A DNA stretch of 42,891 nucleotides from Bryobacter sp. (GCA_046590555.1 JBKJUN010000556.1:1-42891); one strand, 5' to 3'; positions 1-10,084 are shown, counted from the stretch's first letter. Notes: a model not told the origin generated them from the letters alone. A program made the numbers and translations.

Positions 1-302
1 ACGAGTTTATAGGTGATCTCTTCTTCTTTCTTTGTATCGAAGACGACCACTTCTGAACCAAGTCCAATCCGGTCGAAGGGAATTTTGGTCATATCGGCCA
101 TGGACATGGTTTGAAGACGCATTTTCAAATGCCCGATTCGAGCGTGGACATAGCCCTGACGTTCTTTTGCCGCATGATACTCCGCGTTTTCGCTCAGGTC
201 GCCGAGTTCGCGGGCGCGCAATATCTCCTTCGGAAGTTCGCTGCGCAGTTCGTGCTCAAGCGAAGCGACCTCATCCACCAGTTTTTTCTTTATGTCGATC
301 AT
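1..302 (-). CDS. greA: Transcription elongation factor GreA/GreB family, partial (runs off the window)
   Basis: Not in the ORF track. Manual translation from the ATG at 302 gives MIDIKKKLVDEVASLEHELRSELPKEILRARELGDLSENAEYHAAKERQG..., which contains the Gre signature GDLSENAEY. Confidence 0.93.
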   Translation of the reverse strand, partial: MIDIKKKLVDEVASLEHELRSELPKEILRARELGDLSENAEYHAAKERQGYVHARIGHLKMRLQTMSMADMTKIPFDRIGLGSEVVVFDTKKEEEITYKL

Positions 303-337
303 GTCACCCGATTTCTGCTGTTCCCATTCTAAACCGT

Positions 338-3300
338 CTATTGGACGGCAATGCGAGAGCTTCTGGAAATTACGCCATCCTTCTGGATTGTCAATTCGAC
401 TTCCTGACCGGTTGGGGCATCAGTTGGAATCACTACATTGACCTGGTAAAGGCCTACGATGCCGGGGGCCAATCCGCTAAATAGGAGCTGAGCCGGTCGG
501 CCACCGATTGTAACCAGGGGATTGGTTGTGGTTCGAGCCAGAGGGTTTGATGGGCTGATTTGCCCATTGCCTGGAGTACGGTCTACCGGGCCAAGCCCAT
601 TGACGTATAGCTGAGCGACTTGTCCGCGACGGGCGGGGTTGCTGCCAGAAATGAGCGCAAAAGCTCCGTCCAGGGCAGCGATATAGCGCCGGTTTGATCC
701 AGCCTCGAAATATTCAAAGGCAGCCGGATTTGACGCACGCAGGCGCAAGGTCTGAACGGCGCTCGAAAACTCACCGATCGAAACTTTCATCTCGACGGTG
801 GCGAGGCCCGCGCACTCCCAGGGGATCTGAACGTTGATCTGGCCCTCGCTTACGAATTGCAGTCGACCGGCAGCGCTGACGCGCTGGGATGGATTGTCGA
901 AGCTGACGCTAACACGGGCGAGGGAAAGTGGCAGTTCATTTCCGCTAAAGACTTTGAGGGTTGGGCTGAGAGCGGCACCGTAAATGGTGATGTACTGGCC
1001 GGCTGCGAACCCTTCTGAGGCTTCACCACTTGCGGCGTCTCGAATCCCATTTGTTGAAACTGCCGGACGAGCGATCACTCGGCCGACAAAATCGGCGAAT
1101 ATCGTTCCAGCTTCAAAACGAACGACTTGCTCTCCGATATTTGATCCGGCCTTGATGGTTCCTTCGACTATGCCAAATTCATCGGTTCGCTCATTGGCGA
1201 AGGTGACCTGGGCATTGCCGCTTGTTGTACGGCCCCTGACGGCCACGTTTTGAACGGGTATTCCGAATTGATCTACGACCTTCATCAGGATTGGCTTTTC
1301 GTAGCCCGGGATGGCATCGTAGAACGCGCCGCCCAGTGCATACATATTGAATGCTGCACCTGGACCAACGTAGAAGGTGTATGGAACTCTGACGTCTGTG
1401 GCACCACCGGAAATCAGTATGAAGCCATCGTATTTACCGTTTGCCGGACGAGTTCCCGACATTCGTATGGAGACTTGAGTTTCACGGCCAGCCAGGAGAG
1501 CGAATGTGGCTGGTGTAGCAGCAATTGTTATGCCGGGCGCTGCATTCCTTTGTTCCACCCTTATGCTCAAATTGAGCGAGCCAGAATTGGCCAGATTAGA
1601 AATGGCGAGGCCCTGCGCTGGAGGAAAGCTGGCCGGGCTGACAATTCCAAAGCCGATCGAGCTGGGTTCTACAGCGACGTTGGATTGAAGTGCGCGGTTG
1701 GCGTCAAGTTTTCCGCCACCCATCGCAGTGACAGCCGCCTGGACCTGGCGTCCGTTGTTATCGTAATCCACAAGATTGGTGTTGCCTGTATTCGCAAGTG
1801 CACTCTTTACCTGTGCCGGGCGCAGACCAGGCGATTTCTGTTTGACGAGTGCAGCGGCACCAGCCACCATCGGGGCAGAGAAGCTGGTTCCCTCCGCGAC
1901 AACATAGCCATTGGGGTTGTACATTTCACCGTTCGGATCTGTCCGCTGGGTGGCCATGTACAGGTCTGTTCCGACGGCAACCATGTCTGGCTTGACGGAA
2001 TAATTTCCGATGCCTGGCCCTTGCGAAGAGAATACTGCGATCTCGTCGGCTGCGGCTCCCACTTCGCGGAATGTGGGATTGAGTCGAACGCTTCTTTGTT
2101 GATTTGAAAGAAACGAACGTAGCGAGTTTCCCGCGTTGAAGCCGATCAAAGCTGCCGGGATTGAGGTGTTGTCCAAGCCACTGACTTGAAATACTCCGGC
2201 GCCCTCAAGACCAGTAATGACAACTGCTATGGCACCAGCGCGTTGTGCATTGTTTACTTTTTGGGCAAGCAGACAAGTGCCACGTTCCACCAGGGCGATT
2301 CGGCCTGCCATTGAGTTGTCGGGTAAGGGATCACAGCCGAGGCGGCTGCTGGTGACGGAACTTACATCAGTAACCTGAGCTTCGATAGCGGTCGACAATT
2401 GCGGGCCGTCTCCAAAACGCATGTTTACCGATTGCAACTCGCTCGGGACCCCATTGCCCAGGACTGTGAGGGTGTTGTACCAGATGTGAGAGTTCGTGAT
2501 TGCGCCAACCGTGATTGCGCCGGGGGCCGTCCCAGGGCTCTCGATTGTGTTGAGAGACGGCGCGTTCGCGCCGATCTCCCCACTGTTGCCAGCCGAGATT
2601 GTGACGATCAAGCCGAGGCGGATTGCGTTCTGAACTGCATTTGCGAAAGCGTCGCAGGGCTGATTCTTCTGGGCACCGCAGAAATTGTCGAGGGGGCCGT
2701 AACCAGCTGGAGCGCCAAGATTGAGACTGGCGATGTCCATGCCATCGGCGATGGCATCTTCGAGCGCCTTTACGACGACGCTTGGATAAGTTGTGTCGTT
2801 TACGCCACGGCTGCCAAAGACCTTGTAGTTGCCGAGAAAGGCTCGCGGCGCAACCCCTGAGATACGTCCATTGGGTGAGTCATGCTCTTGCCCGGCCGCA
2901 ACCATGGCTGTAGCCGTGCCGTGACCGATACGATCTCGTGGGGTGTTGTCGTCTGGCCGCGTATTTACGGCATCCGTGCCAAAAGCGAAATTGAGGAGGT
3001 CCACGTAGCTTCGTGCGGCGATGACCTTGTTATTGGTAAAGGTACAATCCCCGCTATCGGCTTTGCACTTCGGATATCCGGCCGGAGTCGAGGCTGAGAA
3101 ATCTTTGAAAGCAGGATGATTCTGGTCGATGCCTGTGTCAAGAATCGCGATTTTGACTCCTGTACCCGCACCCGAAATCCCACCTACCTGATTCCAAGCC
3201 GAACGCACGTTTACCACATCTAGCGCCTTATTGATGTGCCGCTTGAGTGGGAGCATTCGCTGCACCCTGTCCACCTCGGGCATACCTTTGATTTGCTCGA

Positions 3301-3592
3301 TCTGCTCTGCGCTGGCCTGAATGTATAAGGCGTTCAGGAGGACTTGACTAGAGTCGATAATCTGGATTCCAGATGAGGCCATCTGGACGCCTAGCGCAGT
3401 CTGCTTTGCTACCAGGGCTGAGCGTTGAGAATTGGCTTCGTTTCGAAGCAGGTCCTTTCGACTTTGCATCGCTTCGGCGAGCGGAGGGTCTTTCAAGACC
3501 ACAATGTATGTATTCGATCCCCGTTGAGCCAACCCTGTGGCCGCGAGCAAGCTGAAGGCGGCGATCACGGCCGCAAATCTATGGTGCCTCAT
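338..3592 (-). CDS. Secreted S8 subtilisin-like serine protease with propeptide, PA domain, Ig-like domains and a Solibacter-type C-terminal domain (TIGR03437-like)
   Basis: Signal peptide; catalytic triad motifs ILDTGID, GHGTATA and GTSFSAP; PA-domain motif GRIALVERGTC; C-terminal FVSEGQINVQIPWE...FSGLAPGIVGLYQVNVVIP. Confidence 0.92.
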   Translation of the reverse strand: MRHHRFAAVIAAFSLLAATGLAQRGSNTYIVVLKDPPLAEAMQSRKDLLRNEANSQRSALVAKQTALGVQMASSGIQIIDSSQVLLNALYIQASAEQIEQIKGMPEVDRVQRMLPLKRHINKALDVVNVRSAWNQVGGISGAGTGVKIAILDTGIDQNHPAFKDFSASTPAGYPKCKADSGDCTFTNNKVIAARSYVDLLNFAFGTDAVNTRPDDNTPRDRIGHGTATAMVAAGQEHDSPNGRISGVAPRAFLGNYKVFGSRGVNDTTYPSVVVKALEDAIADGMDIASLNLGAPAGYGPLDNFCGAQKNQPCDAFANAVQNAIRLGLIVTISAGNSGEIGANAPSLNTIESPGTAPGAITVGAITNSHIWYNTLTVLGNGVPSELQSVNMRFGDGPQLSTAIEAQVTDVSSVTSSRLGCDPLPDNSMAGRIALVERGTCLLAQKVNNAQRAGAIAVVITGLEGAGVFQVSGLDNTSIPAALIGFNAGNSLRSFLSNQQRSVRLNPTFREVGAAADEIAVFSSQGPGIGNYSVKPDMVAVGTDLYMATQRTDPNGEMYNPNGYVVAEGTSFSAPMVAGAAALVKQKSPGLRPAQVKSALANTGNTNLVDYDNNGRQVQAAVTAMGGGKLDANRALQSNVAVEPSSIGFGIVSPASFPPAQGLAISNLANSGSLNLSIRVEQRNAAPGITIAATPATFALLAGRETQVSIRMSGTRPANGKYDGFILISGGATDVRVPYTFYVGPGAAFNMYALGGAFYDAIPGYEKPILMKVVDQFGIPVQNVAVRGRTTSGNAQVTFANERTDEFGIVEGTIKAGSNIGEQVVRFEAGTIFADFVGRVIARPAVSTNGIRDAASGEASEGFAAGQYITIYGAALSPTLKVFSGNELPLSLARVSVSFDNPSQRVSAAGRLQFVSEGQINVQIPWECAGLATVEMKVSIGEFSSAVQTLRLRASNPAAFEYFEAGSNRRYIAALDGAFALISGSNPARRGQVAQLYVNGLGPVDRTPGNGQISPSNPLARTTTNPLVTIGGRPAQLLFSGLAPGIVGLYQVNVVIPTDAPTGQEVELTIQKDGVISRSSRIAVQ

Positions 3593-3698
3593 GTGTTTAG
3601 CGACGTATTCCCATCAGAAACAGTTTCGCAACTCAGCCACTTGCATCGTTTCTGTTGCAACGACATCTAACCAGTCAAGTAAAGGAGATCAGGTAAAA

Positions 3699-4397
3699 AT
3701 GATTCAGATCAGAAAATCGGAAGAGCGCGGCAAGGCTAACCATGGTTGGCTCGATACGCGTCACAGCTTTAGCTTTGCTGACTATTACGACCCCAATCAC
3801 GTCCAATTTCGCGGATTGCGGGTGATCAATGAGGACTGGGTGGCTGGTGGCAAGGGCTTCGGGATGCACCCCCATCGCGACATGGAGATCCTGACATGGG
3901 TGCGTGCCGGCAAACTTGAGCATGCGGACACGATGGGAAATCGCAGGACGATCGAACCCGGAGAATTGCAGGCGATGAGTGCCGGGAGCGGTTTGTATCA
4001 CAGCGAATACAACCCCTCTCCCGATCAACCTGTCCATCTATTCCAGATCTGGATCATGCCAGAGAAGCGAGGAATCCAGCCGGGATATCAGCAAAAGACA
4101 TTTACTGCCGAAGGGCGCAGGGGGAAGTTCCAGTTGGTTGCGTCTGACGATGGCGATGAAGATTCGTTGCAGATGAATGCCGACGCAAGGTTTCTTGTGG
4201 CGGATCTTGGAACCGGTGATGAAACCACCTATTCCTTGGAAAAGAGTCGTGGAGTTTACGTCCAACTGGCCAACGGATCGATCTCATTAAATGGCGAGAC
4301 GATGAGCGCCGGTGACGGCGCAATGGTCGAAGATGAGGCCGAGATCAAGATTCAAGCAAGTAGTGAAGCGCACCTGTTGCTCTTTGACTTGAAGTAA
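3699..4397 (+). CDS. Pirin family protein (YhhW-like)
   Basis: HGWLDTRHSFSFADYYDP, GFGMHPHRDMEI and MSAGSGLYHSE motifs; AAGGAG ribosome-binding site before the ATG at 3699. Confidence 0.93.
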   Translation: MIQIRKSEERGKANHGWLDTRHSFSFADYYDPNHVQFRGLRVINEDWVAGGKGFGMHPHRDMEILTWVRAGKLEHADTMGNRRTIEPGELQAMSAGSGLYHSEYNPSPDQPVHLFQIWIMPEKRGIQPGYQQKTFTAEGRRGKFQLVASDDGDEDSLQMNADARFLVADLGTGDETTYSLEKSRGVYVQLANGSISLNGETMSAGDGAMVEDEAEIKIQASSEAHLLLFDLK

Positions 4398-4406
4398 GGC
4401 GTTTGG

Positions 4407-5618
4407 TTAGGGTTTGGCGATCTCGACGGTAGCGCCGGCCTTGAGGTTTGCTTCAGGGCCGAGAGCTACCTGGTCGCCTTCTTTGATTCCAGAAAGAACG
4501 ATCGTGCTGGTGACATTGCCAGAGCCGAGTTCCAGCTTGCGCCAGACCAGTACGTTGTTCTCGATCACGTATACGCCGCTTGCCCCTTCGCGATTGCGGA
4601 TCGCTTCTTTCGGAAGCAGTAGGACAGATTCCTGTTTGCGGGTCTGAATGAAGGCATTTACGTTTGTTCCAGGCAGCAGGTCTCCGTCTTGATTTTCAAT
4701 GCGGCATTCAACTTCGCCCACTTGGCGAGTACCGAGGGGAACGATTTGAGTAGGGAGCTTTTCGATTTCACCTTTCCATTTTTTGCCCTCGAGCGCATCC
4801 CACGTAATTCTGAGCGGCATGCCCTTTTTGATCCGGCCCAGTTCCGGTTCGTCGACGAAGACCAGGACTTTCAGTGTGTCAATACGGCCGACATTGGCGA
4901 CCAAGGTTCCTGGACTCACGAACGAGCCTTGTTTAACGTCGAGCTGATAGACGACCCCTTCGATTGGCGATCGAATAATTCCCATCTGGATTCGTCGTCG
5001 CGCCAGATCTGCCGAGGCCGTTGCCTCACGCAGTCGAGCTTTGGCAGAGGCTAGATCTGAGTTGGCAACGAGCGTAGGACGGCGAGCATGAAGCGCAGCC
5101 ATCTGAAGCTGTAGGAGCTCAATCTTGTCCTTCAGTATTCGTGTATCTTCTTTTGTGCCGGCGTTGCGCGCAGCCAACCGCTCTGCAATTTCCAGCTCTT
5201 TTTCTGCCTGAAGCTTTTCCGCCTGGCGTTGCTTGATTCCCTGATCGATATCGACAATTTCACGCTTGCGCCCACCCGATTCAAGCAATTCAATAGTGGC
5301 CTGGGCTTCTTCGATGCGCGCCGTCGCCGAGGAAAGCTCAGCTTCTGCTTCTTTGGTGTCGAGGATTGCGATTGGCGTGCCTTTGGCGATTCGCTGGCCT
5401 TTGGCGACTGGGACGCCAACCACCAGCCCTTCTTTTTCGGCTCGTGCGCTTGCCCATTCACTCGGCTCTACGCGTCCGTTCGTGGTGACTTGATCCTCGA
5501 AGGAGGCGCGAGCCACTTTGAATACCGGAACCTGAGCAGTTACATTGCTGAATCTCCAGGCAAAAAATCCGATGATGGATGCCAGAACAACGACCAGCAG
5601 CAGTCCGAAACGCTTCAT
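4407..5618 (-). CDS. Efflux RND/ABC periplasmic adaptor (HlyD/MacA family membrane fusion protein)
   Basis: N-terminal TM anchor, lipoyl half-motifs (VAKGQRIAKG; IRSPIEGVV), coiled coil and LLPGTNV. The start at 5618 overlaps the upstream stop (ATGA). Confidence 0.88.
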   Translation of the reverse strand: MKRFGLLLVVVLASIIGFFAWRFSNVTAQVPVFKVARASFEDQVTTNGRVEPSEWASARAEKEGLVVGVPVAKGQRIAKGTPIAILDTKEAEAELSSATARIEEAQATIELLESGGRKREIVDIDQGIKQRQAEKLQAEKELEIAERLAARNAGTKEDTRILKDKIELLQLQMAALHARRPTLVANSDLASAKARLREATASADLARRRIQMGIIRSPIEGVVYQLDVKQGSFVSPGTLVANVGRIDTLKVLVFVDEPELGRIKKGMPLRITWDALEGKKWKGEIEKLPTQIVPLGTRQVGEVECRIENQDGDLLPGTNVNAFIQTRKQESVLLLPKEAIRNREGASGVYVIENNVLVWRKLELGSGNVTSTIVLSGIKEGDQVALGPEANLKAGATVEIAKP

Positions 5619-6121
5619 TCCGTAATGTCCTTTGCACAATGATCGAAGAGCAATTGCAATTCGATGTGTTGAATTTTTATTGCCAGTGCACTGTTGGCCG
5701 GATTTGACCCGGTTCTGGCTGCGCTTATGAATTCGACGAAGCGGGTATGGTCCCAGTTTCTTCCAGGATTCCAACCAGCTTCGATAGAAGCTTTTTTCAA
5801 TGGGTCTTCAATAGGGTGGCGTCCGAACTGGCGAAACCAATATTTGGAGTTCCAGTCGTCTGGCTCCATCCGGTGGTAAATGGCGTGCCAATAACTGCCT
5901 TCAGGCGTTGAAAGATCCTGTGAGACGGAATGACTGTCTTTGCCAAATCCTGCGTAGAGCAGAAGGCCTGCTCTGGTTTCCTCCGGGAGCCGGCAGCTTT
6001 TGAATGCGGCCTTCCCCAACGTATGTACTCCCGGAAAACGACCCCCTTCGGCAGCGATTAGCGGCAGTGGGTACTCTCCATTTTGGAGTGACAGGATCAG
6101 GCTGGAAAACTCAGTGAACAT
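5615..6121 (-). CDS. Conserved hypothetical protein
   Basis: SHSVSQD...GSYWHAIYHRMEPDDWNSKYWFR block looks like a conserved motif; translationally coupled to its neighbours. Confidence 0.75.
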   Translation of the reverse strand: MFTEFSSLILSLQNGEYPLPLIAAEGGRFPGVHTLGKAAFKSCRLPEETRAGLLLYAGFGKDSHSVSQDLSTPEGSYWHAIYHRMEPDDWNSKYWFRQFGRHPIEDPLKKASIEAGWNPGRNWDHTRFVEFISAARTGSNPANSALAIKIQHIELQLLFDHCAKDITE

Positions 6122-6338
6122 TGGGTTGGGGCCCGGCGCTCTCGGCGACCATAATTTCAAGATTATTCTTTACGTCGTCATCAATCCATTGTTCACCGCA
6201 ATTTCGGCAAACGAGGGCGGGCACATCCTCGATCTGGAAAAGCTCTTCGTTAACGATGATCTCGTAGGTGATGGAAGCTTCCATGAGTGCTGTTCCGCAA
6301 GAAGTGCAATGAGTAGGGCGCATCAATAGCCTAAACAC
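6111..6338 (-). CDS. YgiT/MqsA-type zinc finger protein (start may be the ATG at 6323)
   Basis: CTSC...IEDVPALVCRNCGEQW two-CxxC pattern. Confidence 0.8.
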   Translation of the reverse strand: MFRLLMRPTHCTSCGTALMEASITYEIIVNEELFQIEDVPALVCRNCGEQWIDDDVKNNLEIMVAESAGPQPNVH

Positions 6339-6356
6339 ATGCTAACTTGAATCGAG

Positions 6357-6698
6357 ATGTTCAGCTTCAAGATCCACCGCCTGAAAGATCACGTTTCCTT
6401 ACAATTTCGCTGGGCTCCCCACACTGCCGGCCCTGCTACAGTCAAGCAGCGCGACTATGAGATCAGTGGTGAGATGGAAGGCCTAAGCGCCTATGCGCTC
6501 TTTAACGAATTGCGTGGCACAGCCAATGAACTTCGAGTTGGCGATTTGCTGGAACTGCCCGATGGCACACTTCGCATTTTCAAATTTGTCGGTTTGGAAG
6601 AGGCCAGTTGGTTTGTTGCTCCTGTCCGCCCAGAACTCCCTGGAAGCCCGGTTAGTGGCGGTGAAACCGAGATGAGCGGACCGAATCTCGGGGTCTAG
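6357..6698 (+). CDS. Hypothetical protein
   Basis: 113-aa ORF with a TGCTAACTT extended -10-like motif just upstream; globular composition. Confidence 0.7.
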   Translation: MFSFKIHRLKDHVSLQFRWAPHTAGPATVKQRDYEISGEMEGLSAYALFNELRGTANELRVGDLLELPDGTLRIFKFVGLEEASWFVAPVRPELPGSPVSGGETEMSGPNLGV

Positions 6699-6748
6699 CT
6701 CGACCAGGTGCCCTGCGGCGGCCCTGAATTTGCGCTACACTTTGAGTC

Positions 6749-7348
6749 ATGGGCAGTTGTTCGGCTCCAAGTGAGCCGATAAATCAATATGCATTGGTTA
6801 CCTACCTCCCCGGTGAGCTAGGTTGCTATTTGGATCAGTTGAGGCGAGACCTTGTTTCTCAATGCAACGCGCGATCTCACGTCTCTCTACTCCCCCCTCG
6901 TTCTCTCGACTCTTCTCCCCTCCAAGCCGAATCCCAAATCCGTTCACTCAGTTTTCTGGCGCGACCGGTAGTGGTCAAAATCGGCAAGGTTTGCGTGTTT
7001 CCTCGGACATCGGTCATCTACTTGGAGCTCAAAGCTGGACAGCCGGAACTGGAAGAACTTCATCGCAAGTTTGCCACTGACGCCCTCGCCTTTGATGAAC
7101 CCTATCCGTTTCACCCCCATATCACTCTGGCTCAAAACTTTGAGATTGGCACAGTTGATGAAAGAGTCCAGCAGGCTCAGTTGCAATGGGATGCCTACTC
7201 TGGCCCTAGGGAGTTTTTGCTCGACCGGGTCGTATTTGTCCAGAATTCATCCGGCAACTGCTGGATCGACCTCAAGACTTTCCATCTTCAGGGTCTGCCA
7301 GCGGCACCAAATCCATCCACTCCAGTGGAACTCAGTCGAACATACTAA
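6749..7348 (+). CDS. 2H phosphoesterase (2'-5' RNA ligase family)
   Basis: Two HxS/T motifs: SHVSL and FHPHITLA. Confidence 0.85.
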   Translation: MGSCSAPSEPINQYALVTYLPGELGCYLDQLRRDLVSQCNARSHVSLLPPRSLDSSPLQAESQIRSLSFLARPVVVKIGKVCVFPRTSVIYLELKAGQPELEELHRKFATDALAFDEPYPFHPHITLAQNFEIGTVDERVQQAQLQWDAYSGPREFLLDRVVFVQNSSGNCWIDLKTFHLQGLPAAPNPSTPVELSRTY

Positions 7349-7805
7349 GCTGGTTTTTGGCAGAAATTATCTGTTTCTTGAGCGGACTTCCCACCACTCC
7401 CAAAACTTCAAATGATTCCAGTGCGGCTCTCGGAATCAGAACCTTCTGAACGCCCACGGCTGGTTCAGGCGGAGATGCAACGATCGAAATTGGGTCTAAA
7501 GCGCTGAGACTGTTGGGCATTGTTGCTTCCACCGAATCCCCGTCCTTGAAACGAAACCTGACCCACAAGCCTTGCTGCCGTGGCCTTACCGCATAGTGGT
7601 TGCGTGGCCATGGAGGCTGGTCTAACCATTCGCGAACAAAACAAATGAGCTTGATTTGATCGAGCGGAAGATTCTGTACTACTCCTTCCCGATTCAGGAA
7701 CTGCACAAAGCCGCCTTCGAAAGGATTTCCCGAGTCGACAAAGCCCGCCAGAGTCTCTCGCTCAAAGCGATAAACCATTGCTTTCTTTGTCGAAACGCTA
7801 GTCAA
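7332..7805 (-). CDS. Conserved hypothetical protein
   Basis: 157-aa ORF with a TTG start, divergent from xerD; RPRQQGLWVRFRFKDGD motif. Confidence 0.7.
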   Translation of the reverse strand: MTSVSTKKAMVYRFERETLAGFVDSGNPFEGGFVQFLNREGVVQNLPLDQIKLICFVREWLDQPPWPRNHYAVRPRQQGLWVRFRFKDGDSVEATMPNSLSALDPISIVASPPEPAVGVQKVLIPRAALESFEVLGVVGSPLKKQIISAKNQLSMFD

Positions 7806-7895
7806 AAGCTAATTTCCTGCCTTCTGGGGAGATTCCAAGCCAAAAATGGTCAAAATTGTTTCAAACACAAATGCCAGTATTGTATCATTGGCTCA

Positions 7896-8807
7896 ATGTT
7901 CGGCCAGGCACCCTTTGCGGCTGCCGTAAGGTCGTATTTGACTTACTGCAGAGTCGAAAAAGGTCTTTCCGCAGCGACCCTTAAGGCTTATGAGAGTGAT
8001 TTTGAGAGTTATTCCCGTTGGCTCCAAGAATCGTGTGAGGACTCGTTTTCGCAAATTGCAGTCCTGCAGCGTTTCCAAAATTACCTTTTGGAGCGAAAAC
8101 TGAGTAGCCGAAGTATTGCGCGAAAGTTTGCCGCCTTGCGTGGTCTGCTGAAGCATTTGGTGGCTGAAGGGCATTTGACCAAAGATCCGACAGAATTTCT
8201 GCGCACGCCGAATCCGCCACGCAAATTGCCGAAGGCGATTCCCGAGGGCCGATTGGCAGAAGTCGCAGAGGCGTTTGATCGGGCAACCCCAAGAGGCCTG
8301 CGCGATTGGGCCATGTTTGAGCTTTGTTATGGATCTGGATTGCGATTGAGCGAACTTGTGAATGTGCAATTATCGGCATATAACGCCCTTTCCATGCGTC
8401 TGAGAGTGACGGGGAAAGGGAACAGACAGCGCTTGCTGCCTGTCGGCAGCGATGCGGCCAAAGCCATCGACCAGTATCTTCTGGAGGGACGCACCAAGTT
8501 GTTGCGTGGGGAAAGTTCACCCTTCCTGTTTGTGAGTTCCCGCGGGCCGAAGCTTGAGAGCCGCTCCTACTGGAAGGTTCTCGCTCAACTTCGCCGCGCG
8601 ATGGGGAGTGACAAGGCCTTGCACCCGCATATGCTTCGCCATTCTTTCGCGACACATTTGCTCGATGGCGGAGCAGATCTCAGAAGTGTCCAAGCCTTAC
8701 TGGGGCACGCAGATATTTCGACGACTCAGATTTACACCCATGTCGAGCAGGAACGCTTGCGTGGGATTGTTGACCAATTTCATCCAAGGGAAGCCAAGAA
8801 ATTATGA
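7896..8807 (+). CDS. xerD: Tyrosine recombinase XerD
   Basis: YCRVEKGLSAATLKAY N-terminus; YGSGLRLSEL, GKGNRQR, HPHMLRHSFATHLLDGGADLRSVQALLGHADISTTQIYTHV. Confidence 0.88.
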   Translation: MFGQAPFAAAVRSYLTYCRVEKGLSAATLKAYESDFESYSRWLQESCEDSFSQIAVLQRFQNYLLERKLSSRSIARKFAALRGLLKHLVAEGHLTKDPTEFLRTPNPPRKLPKAIPEGRLAEVAEAFDRATPRGLRDWAMFELCYGSGLRLSELVNVQLSAYNALSMRLRVTGKGNRQRLLPVGSDAAKAIDQYLLEGRTKLLRGESSPFLFVSSRGPKLESRSYWKVLAQLRRAMGSDKALHPHMLRHSFATHLLDGGADLRSVQALLGHADISTTQIYTHVEQERLRGIVDQFHPREAKKL

Positions 8808-10084
8808 GTGATTACATGTTCATGCTGGAGAGCCACCTCAGCCAGTCGCAGAATTTTGTTATCTCAGAAGTCCAGAGGATGATGGCGAAACTACAAGTCA
8901 ATGTTTTTCTCACTGGTGGAGCATTGCGTGACATGTTGGCCGGTCTTCCTGTTCGCGACCTGAACTTCACGCTGGAAGGTTCGCCTTTCAAGCTGGTTAA
9001 GGCTCTCGAGAAAGAAGCTGGAATTCGTGTAGTGAACTCGGACGATGTGCGCAAGAGTTACGAAATCAGCTTCCCCAATGGGGTGCATGCCGAAATTTCG
9101 ATGGCGCGCATTGAAAAGTTCGCCAAACCCGGAGGAATGCCCAAAGTGATTCCTTCGACCATTCACGAAGACCTCCGCGGAAGGGACTTTACGATCAATT
9201 GTCTGGCGATTTCACTCGCTCAGGGATCGCGCGGATTGTTGCTTGACCCCACCAATGGCCTTTCCGATTTCGCCCTGCGTGAGCTAAGAACGGCCACCAG
9301 CCACACCTTAAGTGACGACCCCTCCAGGGTCTTGAAGCTGGTGACCCTGCAAGCCAGATTGGCCTTTCAACTCGACAATCGGACGCGCACCCAATACCAG
9401 CGGGCCCGGGAAGAAAAACTGGAAGAGTTGATCACGCCAGAGGCCCTGAGAAGAGAGATTGTAAAAATCGGCGAGGAATTCAATCCGCTTCCGATTCTTG
9501 AAACCTTGGAAAAAGAGAAGCTACTGAATCTTTATTTCGCTGGTTTTTCTGGGGCCAAGCTTAATTCTGCCGGCTTCGGGAAGCTGCTCAAGTATCGTGG
9601 AATGATGCCCTTTGGGACACACCTGAAGGAAGATCGGTTCTCGCTCTTCCTCCATACGATCAGCGAGAAATGGACTCCTAAAGACAAACTGAGCTTCATC
9701 AAGAATTGCAAGTTATCCAAGCGCGAAGTTGATGGCTGGAAGAATCTCGATGCGAAATCGAAGACGCTTCAGAACACTCTCAAATCAGCCAAATTGCAGA
9801 AGCCATCGCTTGTCTATGCTGCCTTGATGGATGCCCCGGCCGAGTATATCTTCGTGCTGTTAGGCAAGTCTCCGTTGCGTGTTGTGCAGGACAGGATCAA
9901 AAATTATCTACAGAAGTATTTGCCAACTGCGCTTGAGATTACCGATGAAGATGTTGTGAGTGCGGGGCTCAATCCGGCCGCGCCTAAAGGCGTACAGATG
10001 AAGAAACAATTGATTGCGGCTAAGCTAGATGCGAGGCCACGCAAAGTACCAGTTACTGACCCGGCTTACAGTCCTCAAGCCTGA
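8804..10084 (+). CDS. CCA-adding enzyme / poly(A) polymerase family nucleotidyltransferase
   Basis: FLTGGALRD, EDLRGRDFTIN, LLDPTNG and DDPSR motifs; ATGA overlap with xerD. Confidence 0.85.
   Translation: MSDYMFMLESHLSQSQNFVISEVQRMMAKLQVNVFLTGGALRDMLAGLPVRDLNFTLEGSPFKLVKALEKEAGIRVVNSDDVRKSYEISFPNGVHAEISMARIEKFAKPGGMPKVIPSTIHEDLRGRDFTINCLAISLAQGSRGLLLDPTNGLSDFALRELRTATSHTLSDDPSRVLKLVTLQARLAFQLDNRTRTQYQRAREEKLEELITPEALRREIVKIGEEFNPLPILETLEKEKLLNLYFAGFSGAKLNSAGFGKLLKYRGMMPFGTHLKEDRFSLFLHTISEKWTPKDKLSFIKNCKLSKREVDGWKNLDAKSKTLQNTLKSAKLQKPSLVYAALMDAPAEYIFVLLGKSPLRVVQDRIKNYLQKYLPTALEITDEDVVSAGLNPAAPKGVQMKKQLIAAKLDARPRKVPVTDPAYSPQA

Noticed and set aside
32-484. Plus-strand ORFs 32-484 and 111-332
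   Set aside because: Shadows of greA and the protease on the minus strand; greA carries the diagnostic GDLSENAEY motif.
6111-6338. MqsA-like antitoxin of a toxin-antitoxin pair
   Set aside because: Only the zinc finger is present, with no HTH and no recognisable toxin next to it.
7896-8807. Tyrosine recombinase as the integrase of the phage-like cluster
   Set aside because: Typical host XerD sequence, 18 kb away and coupled to a housekeeping gene.
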